Below, piece after piece: positions 48,956 to 56,290 of a DNA stretch of 64,000 nt (position 1 is its first letter; each line of letters begins with the position of its first letter). The stretch spans positions 438-64,437 of the forward strand of contig JBJMPK010000122.1 of the NCBI GenBank assembly GCA_045803245.1, given 5' to 3'. Both the position numbers and the translations under genes were made by a program. The notes under the pieces are model-generated. The model saw only the letters and a list, made by a program, of their open reading frames with translations, was not told the DNA's origin and made no database searches. This stretch comes from Gemmatimonadales bacterium (GTDB taxonomy: Bacteria > Gemmatimonadota > Gemmatimonadetes > Gemmatimonadales > GWC2-71-9).

Positions 48956-50374
48956 TCACCCACTCTGGATTCCGAACTTCTTCAACCGGTAGCGCAGGGT
49001 GTCACGGGTAATGCCCAGGCGCTGTGCGGCCTTGGTCTGATTTCCGCCGGCTTCTCTCATGGCGCGCTCGATCAGCGTGCGCTCCCACAGGGTAAGGTCT
49101 CCGTCCCGAGGCAGCTCGGGTGCGGCAGGCCCCTCGGTGGTCCGCACAGCATTCGTGGGCATAGATGTCTCATCGCGGCCATCCGCCTCCGGGCGCACCG
49201 GGGTGGCGAGCGAAAGGTGCTCGACCTTGAGCGTCGAATCGCGGCTCCAAAGCACCGCCCGCTCGATGACGTGGCTCAGCTCCCTGACGTTGCCGGGCCA
49301 GGGATATGCCAGCAGCACCTCGCGGGCAGGTCCATCGATCCGCCGGACGTCTTTGCCATACTTGGCGCTGAAGCGCCGGAGATAGTGGTCGGCCAGGAGA
49401 AGTGCATCCTCTCCTCGTTCCCGCAGCGGCGGCAAGTGAAGCAGGATGACGGCCAGCCGAAAGTACAGGTCGTTGCGGAAGCGACCCTGTTGAACCTCGC
49501 GATCCAGGTCGCGGTTCGTGGCAGCTAGAATTCGCACGTCGATCTTCCGATCCCGGATCCCCCCTACCCGGCGGACAGTCCGCTCCTCGATCGCCCGGAG
49601 CAGCTTCCCCTGAAGCGACTGCTCCAGGTCTCCCACCTCGTCCAGGAACAGAAATCCGGCTTCCGCGGCTTCGAATAAGCCGAGCTTCGACTCCTTAGCA
49701 TCGGTGAACGCGCCTCGCTCGTATCCGAACAGCTCCGCTTCCATGAGATTGGCCGGCAACGCGGTGCAGTTCACGTCGATAAACGGTTTATCCGCGCGCC
49801 GGCCGGAGCCGTGGAGCGTGCGGGCGACCAATCCCTTTCCGGTACCAGTCTCACCAGTGATGAGGACCGGCGGCATTTCGTCCAGGGCGGCCACCTGGCG
49901 AACCTGTTCCATGACGGCGCGCAGTGCCGGTGAGCTGCCCAGTATCCCCGCGAACGGTATCTCACTGGCGGCCTTCCGGCGGTAGTAGGAGAGCTCCTGC
50001 TTCATGAGTGCGGTCTGGCGGGCCCGGTCCGCCAATAGCTTGAGCTCCTCCAAATCGACCGGCTTCTTCATGTAGTCGAACGCGCCGAGCTTGACCGCCT
50101 CGACCGCGCCCTCGATGGTCCCGTAGGCGGTCATGATGATCACCGGAATGGCGGCATCGAACTCCCGAATGCGCCGCAGGAGGTCGATACCGCTCATGCC
50201 GGGCAGGCGCACGTCGGCGAACACCACGTCGGGCCGGAGCCGGGGAAGCATCTCGATCGCTTGCTCCGCGTCAGCGGCGACCTCGGCCTCGTATCCGGCT
50301 TCACTCAGGAAGGCCTTGACCGCACGAGCCAGGGTACGCTCGTCATCGACGATGAGAACCGTGGATCCGCTCAT
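48956..50374 (-). CDS. sigma-54-dependent response regulator (NtrC family)
   Basis: Receiver domain (VLIVDDE, DVVFADVRLPGMSG). AAA+ sigma-54 activator domain (GETGTGKG, ERGAFTDA, i.e. the GAFTGA loop). Fis-type HTH (AAQRLGITRDTLRYRLKKFGI). Confidence 0.9.
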   Translation of the reverse strand: MSGSTVLIVDDERTLARAVKAFLSEAGYEAEVAADAEQAIEMLPRLRPDVVFADVRLPGMSGIDLLRRIREFDAAIPVIIMTAYGTIEGAVEAVKLGAFDYMKKPVDLEELKLLADRARQTALMKQELSYYRRKAASEIPFAGILGSSPALRAVMEQVRQVAALDEMPPVLITGETGTGKGLVARTLHGSGRRADKPFIDVNCTALPANLMEAELFGYERGAFTDAKESKLGLFEAAEAGFLFLDEVGDLEQSLQGKLLRAIEERTVRRVGGIRDRKIDVRILAATNRDLDREVQQGRFRNDLYFRLAVILLHLPPLRERGEDALLLADHYLRRFSAKYGKDVRRIDGPAREVLLAYPWPGNVRELSHVIERAVLWSRDSTLKVEHLSLATPVRPEADGRDETSMPTNAVRTTEGPAAPELPRDGDLTLWERTLIERAMREAGGNQTKAAQRLGITRDTLRYRLKKFGIQSG

Positions 50375-51840
50375 ATCGGGACGGCTGCCTCGGACCGCGC
50401 GGCCCGCAGCCGCAATCGAACGGTGGTTCCTCCCGGCCGGCTCACGATCTCGAGCCGTCCGCCGTTTTGCTCCACGTAGCGCTTGGCGATGGCGAGTCCC
50501 AGGCCGGTGCCCTCCTGCCTGGTGGTGAAGAACGGCTCACACACCGACGGGAGCACCTGCTCAGGAATGCCGGGACCGGTATCGGCGATCTCGATGACCA
50601 CCTGGGTAGAACCATCGGCATCTCCATCGCGCGAAGCAGCGATACGAAGCCGCCCTCCATCCGGCATGGCGTCGAGCGCGTTGGAGACTACCTCGACCAG
50701 CGCTTGTTCCAGCTGCATCGGGTCAACCCGCACGTCCGGAAGGCCGGGGGAGAGATCGAGCTGGAGCTCCACCCGCCGGTCCCGAATCAGCTGCGAAAAG
50801 GCGGGCAGCAGGCTCTCGACCAGACGCGGGACGCTCTCCTGGAGTGGGTGGAACGGGGCGGGACGGGAGAAGCTCAGCAGGTGACTGATCCGGCGGTCCA
50901 GACGATCGACCTCTTCGATAATGGCATCGAGATGCTCGGATGAGGATGGAGACTCAGGGTGACGGCGGACCAGTTGAGCCGCCGCTCGAAGGCTCGCCAG
51001 CGGGTTTCGGAGTCCGTGGGCCACCGCGGCCGCCATCTCGCCGATGGAGGCCAGCTTTTCCGATTGCACCAGTTGGGCTCGGGATTGGCGGAGATTCTCG
51101 GTCATCCGGCCGAACGCGCCCGCGAGCTCGCCGATCTCATCTTTGGATTGCGGGGTAATGGGGTGATCCAGCTGGCCGGCGCCCACCACCGCCATGGCGC
51201 CGGTGAGCTGGTTGAGCGGGCGGGCCAGACTGCGTGAGATCAGCCAGGAGCCGATGAGACCGCCGGCGAGTGACAGTATCAGAATGGCGAGCAGCACCCG
51301 TTCCTGGGAGGCGAGAATCTCCTCCAACCGGGCGTACGCGCCCCGGACGCTCGACTCCCGGGCCCGCCGGTAAATCTCCCGATTCATCTGCGTCAGCGCC
51401 GGCAGCAGGCGGCCTTTGAGCTCCCGCTGGGCGGCCGAATAGGCCTGCTGATGGTGGCCGGTGTCGAAGAGACGAAAGACGCTATCCGCGGCCGCCTGGA
51501 TCTGCTGCTGAATGCCACGCACGCCGTCGGCGAGACCCATCTCCTCGGGGCGAAGCTCCGCCGTCCACCGTCGCTGCCAGTAGTCGACCACCTCGCCGTT
51601 TAGCCGAAATTCCTTCTTTGCGGTGGGATCCATCCCGGTGAGATAGCGCCAGATGACCTCACTCTGATCGAACATCGCCGTTTCCAGCTCGGCGTAGGTC
51701 CGAGTCCGCGCCATACTCTGTCCCAGCGCCTGCAGCGCCCGGCGCTCGAGCAGGTTACTCCGGATCGCCTCCGCCCCAATCAGGAGCGCGGGGAGGACCA
51801 TGAGCGAAAAGCCAAGCAGCAGTTTGCGTTGGAAGGTCAC
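50371..51840 (-). CDS. sensor histidine kinase (periplasmic helical sensor, HAMP, HisKA, HATPase)
   Basis: Two TM segments flank a ~150-aa sensor region, followed by a HAMP domain. H-box AHGLRNPL. G-boxes DTGPGIP and GTGLGLAIA. 4-nt overlap with the regulator gene. Confidence 0.9.
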   Translation of the reverse strand: MTFQRKLLLGFSLMVLPALLIGAEAIRSNLLERRALQALGQSMARTRTYAELETAMFDQSEVIWRYLTGMDPTAKKEFRLNGEVVDYWQRRWTAELRPEEMGLADGVRGIQQQIQAAADSVFRLFDTGHHQQAYSAAQRELKGRLLPALTQMNREIYRRARESSVRGAYARLEEILASQERVLLAILILSLAGGLIGSWLISRSLARPLNQLTGAMAVVGAGQLDHPITPQSKDEIGELAGAFGRMTENLRQSRAQLVQSEKLASIGEMAAAVAHGLRNPLASLRAAAQLVRRHPESPSSSEHLDAIIEEVDRLDRRISHLLSFSRPAPFHPLQESVPRLVESLLPAFSQLIRDRRVELQLDLSPGLPDVRVDPMQLEQALVEVVSNALDAMPDGGRLRIAASRDGDADGSTQVVIEIADTGPGIPEQVLPSVCEPFFTTRQEGTGLGLAIAKRYVEQNGGRLEIVSRPGGTTVRLRLRAARSEAAVPI

Positions 51841-51907
51841 GTCTCAAAGCTAACCGATACAACGAGGGCCGGTCAGACGCCCTACTTTCCCTCCCACCCC
51901 ATTTAAA

Positions 51908-51945
51908 CACGGATGACCACGGATGGGAACGGATGAGCACGGATT
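51908..51945 (+). repeat. four tandem 10-bp-periodic repeats, core CACGGATG
   Basis: cacggatg at 51908, cacggatg at 51918, aacggatg at 51928 and cacggatt at 51938, with exactly 10-bp spacing. The repeats overlap the 5' end of the GxxExxY ORF. Confidence 0.85.
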
Positions 51946-52372
51946 AAAACACAGCGCCATAACTTCCCAGGTGATCAGGGCCTTTTTTCAGGTCTACAAT
52001 GAACTGGGCGCTGGATTTCTCGAATCGGTATACGTCGAGGCGCTCGATCTGGCACTGTCTGAAGCGGGACTTTCAACTCAGCGGGAGGTACCGCTGGCGG
52101 TCACTTTCCGAGGTCATGTCGTCGGGAGATTCAGGGCGGATCTCGTGGTCGAAAGAAACGTTTTAGTGGAAGCCAAGGCCTGCCCCAGGCTGCATCCGAG
52201 CCATGAAGCACAGGTTTTGAACTATCTGCGTGCCACGGTTCTCGAGGGTTGGCCTGGCTCTGAACTTTGGGCCGCGGCCTCAGTTCAAACGCCTTCTATT
52301 CGACAACGTATTAAAAAAACACCCTCCAAAGCCTTCGCTTTGGACGTGCTCGGGGGGCTAGCGTTGGACTAG
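51923..52372 (+). CDS. GxxExxY protein (PD-(D/E)XK nuclease-like), apparently frameshifted near the 3' end
   Basis: GFLESVY motif and family-typical core (FRADLVVERNVLVEAKA, HEAQVLNYLRAT). After LE at 52244-52246 the family-typical C-terminus (VGLALNFGPRPQFKRLLFDN) continues in the +1 frame to the TAG at 52359-52361. One extra G in the run at 52246-52248 would explain this. Confidence 0.7.
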   Translation: MGTDEHGLKHSAITSQVIRAFFQVYNELGAGFLESVYVEALDLALSEAGLSTQREVPLAVTFRGHVVGRFRADLVVERNVLVEAKACPRLHPSHEAQVLNYLRATVLEGWPGSELWAAASVQTPSIRQRIKKTPSKAFALDVLGGLALD

Positions 52373-52387
52373 GAACGATCTGTTGCC

Positions 52388-52405
52388 CATCCGTGTTCAT
52401 CCGTG
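52388..52405 (+). repeat. two 10-bp-periodic repeats CATCCGTG, inverted relative to 51908-51945
   Basis: catccgtg at 52388 and 52398 is the reverse complement of CACGGATG. The repeats lie 16 nt after the ORF stop. Confidence 0.85.
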
Positions 52406-52415
52406 GCTTCCTAGT

Positions 52416-53552
52416 TCATTTAACGGCGGCCGAGCTCGTCGGGTTGGACTGACGGCTTCCTGCCGTTGCTATGTCGACGTCGACCGACATACCCGGTCGG
52501 AGAGGATGCGTCTGATCGCTCGACCGGTCTACCGCGATCTTGACGGGGATTCGCTGCACCACCTTAGTGAAATTCCCGGTGGCGTTGTCCGGCGGCAGCA
52601 GCGAGAAGCGGGCGCCCGTTGCCGGACTGAGACTTTCCACCCGGCCGCGGAACTTGCGCCCGGGATATGCATCCACCGTGAACTCGACCGGATCTCCCAC
52701 CCGGATGTTGGCGAGTTGGGTTTCCTTCAGGTTGGCCGTCACCCAGACATCGCTGTCCGGCACGATCGACATCAGGCTCTGGCCTGGCTGGACCAAGGCA
52801 CCGGTTTCCGCGTTGCGCTTAGCAATGACCCCGTTCGTCGGTGCCGTAAGGCGAGCATAGCTGAGCTGGAGCCGGGCGTTGTCCACCGCGGCTTGGGCCG
52901 CCGCCAGCCTCGCATCCGCGCTCCGGAGCGCCGCACCCGAGGCGGAGACCTGGCTGCCGGCTGCGACCGCCTGCTTGCGGGCGGACTCGAGGTTCGCAGC
53001 CGCGGCATCGAAGGCCGCTTGCGCGGCATCGAGCTGCTGAGCCGAAATGATCTTTTGTGCGGCCAGCGACCGGTAACGCTCGAGGTCCGCGGCCGCCTTC
53101 TTGTAGGCCGATTCCGCCGCCGTTACCGAGGCCGCCACCGATCCAGCCTGGGCCCGAGTGGCCTGCAGCTGGGCCTCGGCCTGCCCCGCACGGCCCCGGG
53201 TACCCACGGCGGCCTCGGCATCTCGCAGCTCTGCTTCCGCCTGCTCGAGCTTTACCCGGAGATCGCGGTCATCGAGCACGACCAGCGTATCACCCATCCT
53301 CACGTGCTGATTGTCATCCACCATCACCCGGTCGATGAATGCCGAGATCCGGGGGGCGATGTTGGTGATGTGGCCATCCACCTGGGCGTTGTCGGTGGAG
53401 ACGTGGTGCCGGGAATAGAGGTACCGGCTTATGGCCCAGCCTCCCAGGGCGATCACGAGTATCCCCAGAATCAGCAGCGGAAGCCGCCGCTTTCTCGCGC
53501 CGCCAGCCGGGGGAGTTGGCGCGGAGGGTTCCTGTTCGGGCTCGGTGGCCAT
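52416..53552 (-). CDS. HlyD/EmrA-family membrane fusion protein
   Basis: N-terminal TM anchor (LPLLILGILVIALGGWAI), coiled-coil region, and EmrA-like barrel motifs. Start is ATG 53552 (MATEPEQ) or GTG 53606 as in the track. Confidence 0.85.
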   Translation of the reverse strand: MATEPEQEPSAPTPPAGGARKRRLPLLILGILVIALGGWAISRYLYSRHHVSTDNAQVDGHITNIAPRISAFIDRVMVDDNQHVRMGDTLVVLDDRDLRVKLEQAEAELRDAEAAVGTRGRAGQAEAQLQATRAQAGSVAASVTAAESAYKKAAADLERYRSLAAQKIISAQQLDAAQAAFDAAAANLESARKQAVAAGSQVSASGAALRSADARLAAAQAAVDNARLQLSYARLTAPTNGVIAKRNAETGALVQPGQSLMSIVPDSDVWVTANLKETQLANIRVGDPVEFTVDAYPGRKFRGRVESLSPATGARFSLLPPDNATGNFTKVVQRIPVKIAVDRSSDQTHPLRPGMSVDVDIATAGSRQSNPTSSAAVK

Positions 53553-53583
53553 GGTCGATTCTCTCGTGAGGTCGGGGGTGATG

Positions 53584-54888
53584 CTACCGGAGCTGATCGA
53601 TGACACCGAGTGCGCGGTAGGCGCTCACGCGGGCGGTGCCATAATTCACCCTCGCCTGGATCAGCGCGTCCCGCGCGGCGATCACCGAGCTCTGGGCATT
53701 GGTCGTTTCCACGCTACCGGCGACTCCCGCCCGGAAGCGTTCCTGGGCTTCGGACAGCTCGAGCTCCGCCAACCGCATCCGGTCGGCGGCAATCGCGACC
53801 TGCTGTTCCGCCGAGGAGAGGTCCAGAACCGTCTGACGAGCCTCGGTCTCCACCTGGTTGGCGAGGTCTCGCTCGCGGATCTCCTGGATTTCGAGCCTGG
53901 CACTTTGCTCGCTCGACCGGCTTTGCCGGCGAAACCCGTCCAGAATCGGCACATTGAGAAGGAGCTGGAGGTTATAGGTACCGGCGATGTCGCTGGTACG
54001 GCGACCACTCTCGATGTATGCGCCGTTGACCGAAAGGTTGGGCAGGTTCTCGTATCGAATCGCGCGAAGGCTCCGGCGTGCCGCCTCGGTTCGGGCTCGC
54101 TCGGCCGCCAGCTCGGCTCGGTGCTCGCGAGCAAAGTGGGCCGCTTCGTCGGGGTGCCGGGGAATGTCCAGGGGAGCCAATCCGAGCGAATCCGCCAGCT
54201 GAAGGTGGGTACCGGACGGAAGATCGAGCGCGCGAGCCAGATCCAGTCCGGCCCGGCCGGCGGTATTGCGCGAGAGCTCCAGCTGGGTCCTGACCGACGC
54301 GAAGCTCACCTCGCTGCGGGTCGCGTCGATGGCGGGATTCACGCCGGCCCTTACCAGTTGGCGAGCCTGGTTCAGCAGATCAGCGGCAACCACACTATCC
54401 GCCGTTCGGGCTCGAACCGTTGCCTCGGCGCTCAATACCCGGAGATAGGCCAGGCCGGCCGCAGCACCAGAGATCTCGCCCACCGCTTGAGCGTCGAGGC
54501 CGGCCGCTATCGCGGTGTCCCGGCCGGCTCGAAGCCGGGCGATGGCGCTGGCATCGAACACCGTCTGCGAGGCCCGGATCTGCAGGTGGTACAGCGTGAA
54601 CGGATCGGTGATGCCGGTTGCTATCGGAATCCCGAATTCGTCCAGGTTGAGCGTCTGCCGGGTAAGCGTGGCTTGGCCACTGATGTTGGGCAGAAGATCG
54701 GCCCGGCGCTCCGCGGTGCGGGCGTTGGCGGCCCGCAGGTTCAGGCGGGCGATCGCTGCTTCCACGCCATGCTGCCGGCCCTGGCTGATCGCGTCGAGCA
54801 GGGTGATGGGGCGGGAGGGGGTCGCCGGCTGTTGGCCCATGGCGGGGTTCGCCAGGAGGAAGAGCAACGCGGCGATGGTGAAACGCAT
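53584..54888 (-). CDS. TolC-family outer-membrane efflux protein
   Basis: ORF trimmed to the ATG at 54888 (MRFTIAALLFLLANPAMGQQ, a signal peptide). Two TolC repeats. Confidence 0.85.
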   Translation of the reverse strand: MRFTIAALLFLLANPAMGQQPATPSRPITLLDAISQGRQHGVEAAIARLNLRAANARTAERRADLLPNISGQATLTRQTLNLDEFGIPIATGITDPFTLYHLQIRASQTVFDASAIARLRAGRDTAIAAGLDAQAVGEISGAAAGLAYLRVLSAEATVRARTADSVVAADLLNQARQLVRAGVNPAIDATRSEVSFASVRTQLELSRNTAGRAGLDLARALDLPSGTHLQLADSLGLAPLDIPRHPDEAAHFAREHRAELAAERARTEAARRSLRAIRYENLPNLSVNGAYIESGRRTSDIAGTYNLQLLLNVPILDGFRRQSRSSEQSARLEIQEIRERDLANQVETEARQTVLDLSSAEQQVAIAADRMRLAELELSEAQERFRAGVAGSVETTNAQSSVIAARDALIQARVNYGTARVSAYRALGVIDQLR

Positions 54889-55042
54889 ACGACGAAACCT
54901 CACTACGAGAGTTGGTCCGACCGACAGCCGCTGCCCTCCGGCAAGCCGCCCTATGACATACAATGTAAATGGCGCCCATTCTCTTGCTCCGCTCACCGCA
55001 ATTTCATAGTTTGTCGGTAACCAGTCGCGGGAGGCCCTGCCG

Positions 55043-56161
55043 ATGTCGGACGCATTCTTCAGCTCCGACGACTTCGACGAACAAGCCCATCACCTCTACA
55101 ATGAAGGCCGCTACGATGAAGCCCTGACCGTCCTGAAGGAAGGCATCGCTCTTTATCCCCACGCAGTCGAACTGCATATCGGCCGAGCCTATGCTCACCT
55201 CGCACGGGAGGAATTCGCCTGGGCGCGGCGCAGCTTCGAGCAGGCCCTTGCCCTCGATCCCGATCATGAAGACGGACTCGCCGGTCTAGGTGAGACGCTG
55301 CTCAAGCTGGGAGACCGGGCCGGCGCCATGCGGGCAGTCGAGCGGATCCTGCAGTTGGGGTTTCAGGACGACCACGAGCTCATGCTCCAGATCGGGCGGG
55401 CCCTCTTTCGGGAAGGGCTGGTTGCGCCGGCGCACCGTTTCTTCGATCTAGCCGCCGCGGCCCATCCCGAATCGCCCGACGCCGCTGCTTGCCTGGGCTA
55501 CGCGTCGCACCGGCTGGGCAACGATGCCGGCTCGCTCTATTGGCTCCGACGAGCGCTGGAAATCGACGCGACCTACAGTGAAGCCAGGATCTACCTCGCC
55601 AACCTGCTCTACGATCGGGGCGAGACCGAAGCCGCGCTCCACCATCTCGAGCGGACCCAGCCGGAGGATCACTATGACGAGCTGGGCATTTGGCGTCACA
55701 TCGAGCTGAAGAAGACCATCTACCGGCTGCCGGACGAGGATCCCGAGCTCGCTCCCTGGTTGGTGCGGTTGGGCGAAGTGGCCGGTGAACCTGACTCGAT
55801 CGACATGCTGCTGGCCGAAGTGGAGGCCCAAAACGCAGACGGGGGTGTCCGAGACCCACACCAGCTCGAGCTGTTCGGCACCCTTCTGAGTGAGCTCCAT
55901 GCCATGCAGAAGAAGCCGGGTCATGCCGAATCCCACCTGATCATGACCCTTGCCGGCCACAGCATTCGGGGCACCTGGGATGAAATCCTGCTGCAGATGA
56001 AGGCCGCCGACCGGGAGTGGGCCAAGGGCTCGCTCAGCGATTTCATGGCCAGCCTGGCCCGGCGCGGTCACGCGGAGACCGGCGTGGTAATCCCTACCAC
56101 CGATGCGGAGGCTTTCATTCGGGGCAGCGCGGAGGCGGGAGTGCTTCGGATCGTCCAATAA
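55043..56161 (+). CDS. TPR-repeat protein
   Basis: Several TPR-like units in the N-terminal 200 aa (e.g. AHHLYNEGRYDEALTVLKEGIALYP). The C-terminal half is unassigned. Confidence 0.7.
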   Translation: MSDAFFSSDDFDEQAHHLYNEGRYDEALTVLKEGIALYPHAVELHIGRAYAHLAREEFAWARRSFEQALALDPDHEDGLAGLGETLLKLGDRAGAMRAVERILQLGFQDDHELMLQIGRALFREGLVAPAHRFFDLAAAAHPESPDAAACLGYASHRLGNDAGSLYWLRRALEIDATYSEARIYLANLLYDRGETEAALHHLERTQPEDHYDELGIWRHIELKKTIYRLPDEDPELAPWLVRLGEVAGEPDSIDMLLAEVEAQNADGGVRDPHQLELFGTLLSELHAMQKKPGHAESHLIMTLAGHSIRGTWDEILLQMKAADREWAKGSLSDFMASLARRGHAETGVVIPTTDAEAFIRGSAEAGVLRIVQ

Positions 56162-56184
56162 GACGTAAGCGGCGCTGCAAAGGC

Positions 56185-56290
56185 GTGAGCGGTGAGCGGG
56201 GGGCCCGGTTAAATTTCGGACTCCCCGCTTGTTTTCCGAGTACAGGGATTGAACTGCGATGACCGTTTCCAGCGCCCGCTCACCGCTCAC
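56185..56290. repeat. 16-bp perfect inverted repeat bracketing the M16 start codon
   Basis: gtgagcggtgagcggg (56185-56200) is the reverse complement of cccgctcaccgctcac (56275-56290). Both arms are themselves tandem heptamers (GTGAGCG x2). Confidence 0.8.
56194..56235 (+). terminator. putative intrinsic terminator after the TPR gene
   Basis: gagcgggggg / ctccccgctt form a stem with G-U pairs and a 17-nt loop, followed by tgtttt. The left arm overlaps the left arm of the 16-bp inverted repeat. Confidence 0.5.

Noticed and set aside
52383-55020. 406-aa and 529-aa + strand ORFs
   Set aside because: Antisense to the HlyD-like and TolC-like genes, whose own translations are convincing.
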